From Octopus vulgaris (Eukaryota): a stretch of 64,000 nt of DNA. Position numbers and translations under genes: made by a program. Below the pieces are notes generated by a model. It ran no database searches and was not told the DNA's origin. It worked only from the letters and a program-made list of their open reading frames with translations. Of the stretch, positions 53,778 through 64,000 are shown piece after piece. The stretch is taken from NCBI GenBank assembly GCA_951406725.2, contig OX597826.1, positions 42,842,001 through 42,906,000 on the forward strand, written 5' to 3'. Numbering within the stretch: position 1 is the first letter of the stretch; every line of letters starts with the position of its first letter.

Positions 53778-54238
53778 CGGACCATACCATTGAGGCCTAT
53801 GTCAAGATCTGTAGCGGTGACCCGCAATAAAATCGTACCAACAGGCTTGCTTTCACTTATGTTCGCTTGATATTGCTTTGGGAAGAACACTGGATTGTTA
53901 TCATTTTCGTCTTTTACATGGACAACAATGTCAATTGTGGACGATAACATCGGTGTCCCTCCATCTGTTGCTTTGATAGTCAAATAGTAAGTATCTCGAG
54001 ACTCTCTGTCCAAAGATGACATCAATCTTAAGCTTCCGTCGTCTGGTCTAATAGAGAATGGACCAGTAGAAGCAGTGATGGAGTATCTGATGTCTTGATT
54101 GGGCCCATCATCATCATCGTCTATTGCTTTAATGTTGTACACAATAGTATTAATTGGAGCGTTTTCTTCAACCCATATTTCAGTTGGCGACGTAAATCTT
54201 GGGGCGCAGTCATTTACATCAGATACTATAATTGTCAC
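53778..54238 (-). CDS. FAT4: Fat-like cadherin exon 2 (cadherin repeats)
   Basis: cag acceptor, gtgagt donor; VTIIVSDVNDCAPRF...DENDNNPVF...GLNGMV(R); 461 nt, phase 0 to 2. Confidence 0.94.
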
Positions 54239-54780
54239 CTGAAATAGGCAAAAAATAGAAACCAAGGGACATTATTAAGGCTCTGAAACTGAAACAATCT
54301 GGTAAAATTATTTACTTGGTCCCTAAATGTAGGTGCAGGTATGGCTGTGTGGTTAGAGAGTTTATTTCCCTACCATGTAAAGTAAAGTTACCTTCTCGAG
54401 TCATGCTGACTCATAAGGGTTGGTTTCCTGGTCTCATGGTATATATATTCCCCACCTGGATGGGACGCCAGTCCCTCACAGGATTACTCATTTTTGCCAG
54501 CTGAGTGGACTGGAGCAACGTGAAATGAAGTGTTTTGCTCAAGAACACAATGCATCACCCGGTCCAGGAATTGAAACCACAATCTTATGATCATGAGTCC
54601 TAAATACTAAGTCATGCGCCTACCAAGTGGTTTTGCATGGCTCTTTGGGCAAGTACATTCTACTATAATGCTGGGCCAACTGAAGTCTTGTGAGTGGATT
54701 TCATAGAAGGAAACTGAAAGAAAAATCGCGTGTATGTGCATGAGTGTGAGAGTGCATTGTGTATGTGTGTCCATTTGTTT

Positions 54781-54939
54781 GCAGGAGTGGCTGTGCGGTA
54801 AGTAGCTTGGTTACCAACCACATAGTTCCGGGTTCATTCCCACTGTGCGGCACCTTTGGCAAGTGTCTTCTACTATAGCCTCTGGCCGACCAGAGCCTTG
54901 TGAGTGGATTTGGTAGACGGAAACTGAAAGAAGCCTGTC

Positions 54940-54979
<40 letters not shown>

Positions 54980-55154
54980 CTATGTTTGTGCGTCTGTGTT
55001 TGTCTCTCCAACATCCCGTAACTTAGCGGTTTGGCAAAAGAGACCGATAAAATAAGTACTAGGCTTACAAAGAATAAGCCCTGGGGTCGATTTGCTTGAC
55101 TAAAGGTGGTGCTTCAGCATGGCCGCAGTCAAATGACTGAAACAAGTAAAAGAG
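54781..55154 (+). mobile_element. SINE family C copy
   Basis: Co-linear with the reverse complement of 2838-3224. Confidence 0.8.
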
Positions 55155-55766
55155 AAAAAAAAGAGAATCTATTGATGATTTACTTTACCAATGTCTTGAA
55201 TAGAACCAATATTCTGTAGACTGTAGAATTTCAATACCCGTTAAAAAAAATAAGGCCAGTTTGGTAACATCAAATAAGGATTAACTGATCGATTGCAATA
55301 ATATAAGGATTAGGAGTATCTATTGCGGTAACAGGGATTAGTGTATTTATTGCAGTAATAGTTAAGGAATAAGATGGATATTGGTCATGTTCTTAAGAAT
55401 GGTTGATTTGTAGGAATCATCTGAGTTTGAAAAAAAATCAATCAAAAATAAGATCTTTGCTTTCCAGCTGTTGTTTTGTTTATCAATTTTATTATTGGAG
55501 AAAATATAATGGTAATCTTCATATTAATATTCTTGTAATATGGAATGTATTGAAGTCACCAGGGCAATGGTTGGGTGATAAAATACAGAATCTTAGGAAT
55601 AGTCTACCATTAAATCTTATTTTCTTTTGATTTAGAAATTCCTGTGTTATTTTTCAGAAAGCATCAAGTCTGGCATGGTGAATGAAATGAAGGAAGTAAA
55701 CAAGTTCCATTTTGCAGAAGATTTAAGAATTGCTATAAATTCATACTTTATACTTTTCTTAGATTA

Positions 55767-56146
<380 letters not shown>

Positions 56147-56221
56147 TCATCCAGTGGATAAATAATGGGTTTGCTTCACTGGATCATAAAAGTTGACCAA
56201 GTGTACATCCAAGGTAAAAGC

Positions 56222-56319
56222 ACAAAAGCTCGCATGATCTTGATTTTTTGTATGAATACAGACTGCGAAAGCGTGGCCCATTGATCCTTTCCGAATAGCG
56301 GCGAGCTATGCATCCGCCG

Positions 56320-56350
<31 letters not shown>

Positions 56351-56514
56351 ACTGGCTTGTGGTGGTCAAGTGTTAGCAGCGACGTCGCTTTTTGATCCTT
56401 CAATGTCGGCGCTTCCTATCATTGCGAAGCAGAATTCACAAAGCGTTGGATTGTTCACCTGCTAACAGGGAACGTGAGCTGGGATTAGACCTATTAGTTT
56501 TATCCTAACGATGA
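56222..56514 (+). pseudogene. 28S rRNA domain V (peptidyl-transferase region) fragment, decayed
   Basis: Matches conserved eukaryotic LSU sequence (caaaagctcg..gatcttgatttt; gaggtgtcagaaaagttaccacagggataa; gcgacgtcgctttttgatcctt; agcgttggattgttcac; gggaacgtgagctggg). It carries substitutions and a 1-nt insertion, and has lost the gtcgtgagacagg segment. There is no rDNA context. Confidence 0.9.
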
Positions 56515-56601
56515 ATATGGAGATTAATATATCTGCATATTTAACTAAAATTTAAATAAAAAAATTATGCAGATGTATTCATCTCCGTATTCATTGTAAC
56601 T

Positions 56602-56655
<54 letters not shown>

Positions 56656-56921
56656 GCTGAATGACCAAAGGCACCTGTTGTAGAGAATCAAGTCTACAAA
56701 ACTATCATATTTTGGGCTTTTAATACACCATGAGCCATTGCCAAAGACCATCTTGACAGGAAGTGTGGACGGTAAAGACAGCAAAGATGTTTGTGAACTG
56801 ACATCAGAGAATGGACTGGAAGCAAGAGTTTATTGTATACATGCACTACAACACACAAGGAACTTAAAAAACTTGGCAAGTTGAGCCTTGAATTCAGAGA
56901 GGGCACCTAATTGATGGCTCG

Positions 56922-56961
<40 letters not shown>

Positions 56962-57221
56962 TGTGTGTGTGTGTGTGTCGGTATCTCACCACTTGACAAA
57001 CAGCTTTGGTTTGTTTATGTATCCACAAAATAGCAGTTCAGCAAGAAAATTGGGGACTGATAAAATAAGAACCACAACTAAACCCCTAAAGGCAGTGTCC
57101 CAGTATAGTCAAAGTCCAATGACTAAAACATGCCAAAGAGAATTAAAAGAATGAATCAAATATATTCATATTAGATATCACATTTCTTTTCATACAAATG
57201 AAGAATAAAAATCAAACTCAC

Positions 57222-57412
57222 CTGAGCAAGGGCAGAGTGGCGCTGCCAAACAGGAAATACTGTATCCATGGCAGTAATAGTCAAAGAATAAGATGGATAT
57301 TGTTCACGGTCCAAAGTATGGTTTACCGAAATTATACCAGTCTGGGGATCAATAATAAAATGAGCATCCTGGTTCCCACCTGTGATTTTGTAGATCAATT
57401 TACTATTGATTC
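57222..57412 (-). CDS. FAT4: Fat-like cadherin exon 1 of window (cadherin repeat)
   Basis: tattttag acceptor, gtgagt donor; (G)INSKLIYKITGGNQDAHF...LDREQY...ALAQ; 191 nt, phase 1 to 0. Confidence 0.92.
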
Positions 57413-57956
57413 CTAAAATAGAGAAGAATAAAAGAAATGGTAATCGTTAATTCAATTTACCGAAAACAAATAGTACATAATTTTAATTGAAGTCACATGA
57501 TTCAATTAGTAAACCCCCAGAACAGACACCAACATTTTCATAATCTATGCAATGAGAAAAATTATATTAAAACTTGTAGCATTTAAACTGGCTACATCCA
57601 GTCAAAATAGCCTACCCGTTTTATATGTTCAAACTGGCCAAATCCAGCTGCTCACATCTTCCCTACAATGCCATTTTAAAAATAACCAATCATGCAGCTG
57701 AAATCTCAAAGCTGTATGATTAGTTCAAAACAATGTGAATAAATAAGAATTATATTTGACAGAATGTCTAAAGGACCCAGTACTTATAATTTTTTTTTTT
57801 AAATCAGGAAAGAATGCAGTACCCACAACACTTCAGAGGGTCTCCAAGACTGACAGGAAGGAGAGAAGAAGGAAGTTAATCTCAAACTGGAAACCAGGTT
57901 TGAATGCTTGCAACAGAGTATGTGTGTGTATCGCTCTCCCTCTCTCTCTCTCTTAA

Positions 57957-58174
57957 CCCTTTTTTTACCAACCTGGCTGAAACCGGCTCTGGCTCTGAGT
58001 ACAAATGTCTTGTTTTCATGTTTTGAATTAAAATCTTCCATTAAACCTTAGTCACAATTTATGTTCCTAACGCTAGCTCAATGATAACTAAGTTATTTTA
58101 CTAAATTCTTTGTTATATTTAAAGTAATTGAAAGAAACACAGATCATCTCAAAATAAATATGGTAATGAAAGAG
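57957..58174. mobile_element. piggyBac-like MITE, same family as 29667-29889 in the opposite orientation
   Basis: TTAA flanks; the interior is the reverse complement of the 29667 copy (ttagtcacaatttatgttcctaac, aattgaaagaaacacaga). Confidence 0.82.
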
Positions 58175-61100
58175 TTAAGTAGGAATGAGCTGACTGGGTG
58201 CAGTTGTTCAGAAGCTGGCATTTTGACTGGACATTCAGCCTGTTTTGGGGACAATACTTTTTAGTACTGGAGGCAAACAAACCTATACACACACAGGCAT
58301 GCATGTGCAAAAGTATGGTGGTGTGGGGGTGGAGGCAGGGGGGGGGAGAGAAGAAGGGAGCAACATTAAAACATCAAATGTCAAATAAGTCAACATTCAA
58401 TCAGTAATGCCAAAATACTCCTCTAAAATTGCTTAAACTACCTGGTGCTGGTAATGTTAAATCAGGTGACGGATGGAATAAGTCTACCAACCAAGTAGGC
58501 CACGGTGGGATTGAACCTGAAATCATGTGAATGGGGAGCAAACTTCTTAACCACGCAGCCATACCTGCACCAATGTGAAAATGGCTTGTACATACATATT
58601 TTATTAATAAGACTGAAATTTGCTTCCACATAGAAAATTCAACATTCATATGAAAGTTAATTCTAGACAGTCTGAACAGGAAATAAGATTATAATGTTTT
58701 GTTGATTGCAGGCAGGTACAGCCAACACTCACAAGTGAATATGACTTGGTGGCTTGCAACATGGTTATGATAATTGTTTTAGGTGCCTGTGTAGTTGCAA
58801 GAAGAAACGGATGCCAACACTGCCACTGCTGCCATCACCACCATCACCACCACCCCCTTTATTCATGCCATCCTTGAGTAAGTGCATCAGTGCTTCATCT
58901 ATGATATGGCAACTGCAAAGGGGAGATGGCTCCACCAATACTCAGCTGGTATACATACAAGAGTAGACCCCCTTCGGTCATGAACAACTATGGGATTGCA
59001 CTTAGAAAGTTACCCTCCCATGTACAAGTCCGGGCAAGGTTGTTTATGGAAGGCCAGCAGTCGCCCATGCATACCAGCTTCCCCTCTCCATGCCCCTGAT
59101 GTTATCCAAGGGACAGGCAAAGGCTGATACAACTCGGCACCAATCACTTTGCAAGTCATTTCTACAGCTGAGTGAACTGGAGCAACATGAAATAAAGTGT
59201 CTTGCTCAAGAACACGAGAGCCCAGTCCAGGGACTGAACTCATTACCTCATGAATGTTTCATCTAAGTAGACTGGAGCAACATGAACTGAAGTGTCTTGT
59301 TCAATGATACAATGCACTGCTTGGACCAAGAATGGAACCAGCAACATTATGGTCACAAACCCAACACCCTAACCACTAAGCCATTCTCTTTCACTTGCAG
59401 AATATATTTGATAATATTACTTATAATCATAACTAACGAAAACATAAGGCCAGAAATTTGGGGAGGGGCATTAGTTAGTGAAATCACCCCTAGTACCTGT
59501 CTGGAAGTTAATTTTACAGACCCAGAAAAGAAGGAGAAGTAACCTCAGTAGGATTTGAACTTAGAACATTAAAAAATGGGAACAAATTCAGCAATGCATC
59601 TTGTCTTAAGTCCTGACAATTGTGTCAATCTACTGCATTAATTTCTTTAATAATGATGGCTTCTTTTAATTCAGAAATTGTTACTGCTTCAGTGAAGGTA
59701 TATGGCTCAGTGGTAAGAACGTCAGACCCGCAATCATGAGGTAGTGAGTTCGATTCCTGGACTGGGCTGTGTGTTGTGTTCTTGAGCAAGATACTTTATT
59801 TCATGTTGCTGTAGGAAATGAGTTGCGACATCACTGGTGCCAAGCTGTATTGGCCTAAGCCTTTCTCTTGGATAATAGTGGTGGCGTGGAGAAGGGAGTC
59901 TGCTGGTCTTCTATAAACAACCTTGCCTGCACTTGTGCCTTGGAGTGTAACCTTTTAGGTGCAATCTCAAGGTCTTTACCCTTTACTCTGCTACTGTTTC
60001 ATTCTATACCAACTCTGATTGGAAAAGGATTCCAGCCTTGACCATCACAATTGTTTTCAAGAATATTTAAGACTATTTAAGCTACCTGTTCACTGTGTTT
60101 ATTATTCTAGAGTGTAATTGGAGGGAAATTTGGCTGCTATTTCTCGTATATTGAATAATTGCATAGAGGTGTTTTTATTCCCATTGTGGTATTGAACCCA
60201 TGTGGTATTGAATTCAGTCCCACTGTGTGGCATCTTGAGCAAGTGTCTTCTTACTGTAGCTGGAGACTAACTCAAGGAGATGCAAGAATCATGAAACACA
60301 TTTATCTTGAGAGAGAAAGAGAGAGAGGAGGGGAGAAAGGAGAGAGTTGGTATTTTCTTCTGACAAATTGAAATTACTCATTCTGATTGAAATTCTTAAA
60401 TTTGTGACAAACAACAAAAAAAAAAAAAATAAAAAAAAAAAAAATAAAGAAGAGATGAAGAAGAAGCAATATTAATATCAGATGTTGGCATACAATTGCC
60501 AGAACTCAAAACATTTGTATTGAACGAAATCATCGCGATTGTATTGAGAATGTAATATTGATCTTGCACTCGACCACATCCGCAGAAATGGTTCTACATG
60601 TTACAAAGTGACTTCCACACAATTTAATATCATCACCAGATGCTGTGTTATCTTTGAAGCGATGTTAGTATTAAAATTTGAAGGAATTATTTCTTTGCAA
60701 TGCTTTAGTGCAAAAGAAAATTAGTTTATCAGTAAATATAGAATTAGCAGTTTTTGTTATCAACGAAACTTTCCGTTTTCTTATTTGCAGTGAAAGAAGC
60801 ACTGCAACTCTCTGTTAAAATTTATGAAATTTTTAATCCGGTAAATGACACGCTTTCAAATTATTACAGAATCCGAATGTCATTTTACTTTATGGGAATC
60901 TGTCAAAGTTGTTTGTATAATTTTACGAAATAAAAACATAAGCAAACATTTAGTTGCCTTTTGTAAGTCAGCAACAGATAATTGCTCGTCATGGCCACAA
61001 CAAAAGCTGTTGAAAAACACATCTATCTTCAAATTGGTCTTATTATTGCAGATGTTATAATACCCAGTGAGGAATAATGCTAGACAGCCAGATGTTGTCT

Positions 61101-61455
61101 GACACAAACACAAATAATAACAACAATAGCGATAATAATAATAATAATCATTGTTATTTTGTTTTTGGAGAATGCTGGAAATGAATGACTATTTAATAGC
61201 TGTACAATGTCATGACAAAGAAACACACCCACTTACACACACACATATACAAACAAACATATGCACACACACACACACACACACACACAATGGGCTTCTT
61301 TCAGTTTCTATTTAACAAATCCACTCACAAAGCTTTGGTAAACTCAGAGCTATGGCAGAAAACACTTATGAGGTGACACATAGTGGGACTGAACCCGAAA
61401 TCATGTGGTTTAGAAGGATACTTGTTAACCTCACAACCATGCCTGCATCTAAGGC

Positions 61456-61499
<44 letters not shown>

Positions 61500-61715
61500 T
61501 CTTTTCTACCAAAGGCATAAGGCCTGAATTTTGGTGGGAGGAGACTAGTCAATTATATCAACTCCAGTGTTTCACAGGTACTTAATTTATCAACCTTAAA
61601 AGGATGAAAGGCAAAGTCGACCTTGGTGGAATTTCAACTCAGAACACGAAGGCAGATGAAATACCGCAAAGCATTTCGCCTTGCATGCTAATGATTCTGC
61701 CAGCTCGCCACCTTG

Positions 61716-61750
<35 letters not shown>

Positions 61751-63032
61751 TAATAATAATTCTTTCTAGTATAGGCACAAAGCCTGCAATTTTAGGGGAA
61801 GAGGTGAGTTGATTACACTGTTCCCAATGTTTAACTGATACTTATTTTATCAACCCCAAAAGGATGAAAAGCAAAGTTGACCTCAGTGGAATTTCATAAA
61901 GATGGACAAAATGGTGCTAAGCATTTTGCCTGGTGTGCTAATGATTCTGCAATGAATAATAACTTCAGATTTTGACACAGGATGAGTCGATTACACTGAC
62001 CTCAGTGTTCAATTGGTACTTATTTTATCAACCCCGAAAGAATGAAAAGCAAAGTTGACATCAGTGGCATTTGAACTCAGAATGTAAAGAACCGAAAGAA
62101 ATGCCACTTAGCATGTTGTTCAGATTGACAATGATTCTTCTAGCATGCCACCTTAATGATGATAATAATGATGATGATGATGATCATCATCATCACAATA
62201 ATAATAACAATCCTTTCTACTGGAGGCACAAGGCCTCAAATTTGTGGGGAGGGGACTAGTCAATTACATTGAACCCAGTGTTTCACTGGTACTTAATTCA
62301 TCAACCCCGAAAGGATGAAAGACAAAGTTGACCTTGGCAGAATTTGAACTCAGATTAGAACAACATGCAAAATACCACTAAGTATTTTGTCCAGTGTGCT
62401 AACGATTCTGCCAGCTTGCGGCCTTTATAATAATAATAATAATGATAATAATAATAATCCTTTCTACTATAGGCACAAGGCCTGAAATTTTGGGGTGGGG
62501 GCCAGTTGATTAAATCGACCTCAGTACTTAATTTATCGACCCCGAAAGGATGAAAAGCAAAGCTGATCTTGGCAGAATTTGAACTCAGAATGTAGCAATG
62601 GACAATGGACAAAATACCTATTTCTTTACTACCCACAAGGGGCTAAACACAGAGGGGACGAACAAGGACAGACAAACAGATTAAGTCGGTTATATCAACC
62701 CCAGTGCGTAACTGGTACTTATTTAATCGATCCTGAAAGGACGAAAGGCTAAGTCGACCTTGGCGGAATTTGAACTCAGAACGTAGCAGCAGACGAAATA
62801 CCTATTTCTTTACTACCCACAAGGGGCTAAACACAGAGGGGACGAACAAGGACACACAAACAGATTAAGTCGATTATATTGACCCCAGTGCGTAACTGGT
62901 ACTTATTTAATCGACCCTGAAAGGATGAAAGGCAAAGTCGACTTGGCGGAATTTGAACTCAGAACGTAGCGGCAGACGAAATACCGCTAAGCATTTTGGC
63001 ATGCGTGCTAACGATTCTGCCAGCTTGCCACC
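61500..63032 (-). mobile_element. Cluster of family A SINEs separated by (TAA)n/(GAT)n, including a tandem trimer at about 62458-63032
   Basis: Repeated aggatgaaaggcaaagtcgacc...gaatttgaactcagaa blocks, all in the same orientation. Confidence 0.85.
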
Positions 63033-64000
63033 TTAATATTGATAATCATACGTACAATATTTACTTTCAATATAAGAAGAAGGGTTACAAGACATAGTAA
63101 TGACCTTCCAGACGTAATATACCATTAGATAATATTTGTCAAAACTTCTTTTCAAATTATTCTTTTAGTAGAAGAAAAAAAAAACAATAACAAAAAAATA
63201 AAAATAAAAAGAATTGATTCTCTTTTTGTATGAGCCATTAGATTGTCTGTAAACAACATATCGTCTTGCAAAATACTGTATATCAAAATATGAATAGGCA
63301 ATCGGCTAAAAACAATTTTGTTTGTTTTGTAATTATTGTTTTATCAATGTGCATCGAGAATGAATTTTTTTTAAGGTGAAGTACATACTGAAGATGTTGG
63401 CTGATTTAAACAACAAGGTGGCTACTGACCAATGAAATAGAGAAGAGGAAGGAAGGAAGATTATTAGAAATTTTCTCAGCAATTTGCTGTTCATAATGTT
63501 TGCAATATGAAAACTATGACACATAAAAAATACTGAATCCTTATAAGCTACTAGTGTACCAATTACAAAATATTATGTAATATAATATTGGCGTTTCCTG
63601 CTTTTGGAGGATGGTAGTTTCGGAAATATTAAGGTGGGGGCAAAGGGTGTTTTAGATGAATCTATGATCAAATTTGGTTTTTTGTTTTGCTATATTTCTC
63701 TTCAGACCTTTTTTTTTCCAATTCATTGTTTTATATTTCAAGAATCAGGGGTGCAGGCATGGATGAGTGGTTAAAAAGTTCACTTGCCAATCATGTGGTT
63801 TCAGGTTCATTTCTCACTGGAGCCTTGGGAAAGTATATAGTTTCTGAAGCTCTGGGCTGACCAAAGCCTTGTGAGTGAGTTTGTTAGATGCAACCTGAAA
63901 TTTGCTTGTGTGTGTAATACATACATACATACATATATATATATCATCATCATCATTGGACGCTAAACGATGATGATGATGATGATGATATATATATATG

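Noticed and set aside
57413-64000. Search for a further upstream Fat exon ending in phase 1
   Set aside because: No cadherin-like frame with suitable splice sites was found by eye; a very small exon cannot be excluded.

Overview
AT-rich, microsatellite- and SINE-dense animal DNA. The repeat landscape and gene structure suggest a coleoid cephalopod, probably Octopus (inference, not verified). The only intact gene is the 3' part of a giant Fat/Fat4-type atypical cadherin on the minus strand. I could splice 17 coding exons (57412 down to the stop at 11464) with canonical GT-AG ends and consistent phase: 8885 nt, about 2960 aa of cadherin repeats, EGF repeats, two laminin-G domains, a TM helix and a Fat-type tail ending EEYV. 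Its 5' part lies beyond the window. The introns hold several SINE families, MITEs (Tc1/mariner, piggyBac-like, hAT-like), mariner, R4/Dong-type and CR1-type relics, and a decayed 28S rRNA domain V fragment. The most unusual signal is a set of minimal type I hammerhead-ribozyme motifs in the introns. One 145-bp palindrome encodes a hammerhead on each strand, a second hammerhead has a palindromic stem III, and there are two decayed relics. Three of the four sites lie about 80-190 nt upstream of a splice acceptor. All calls were made by eye; repeat boundaries are approximate.
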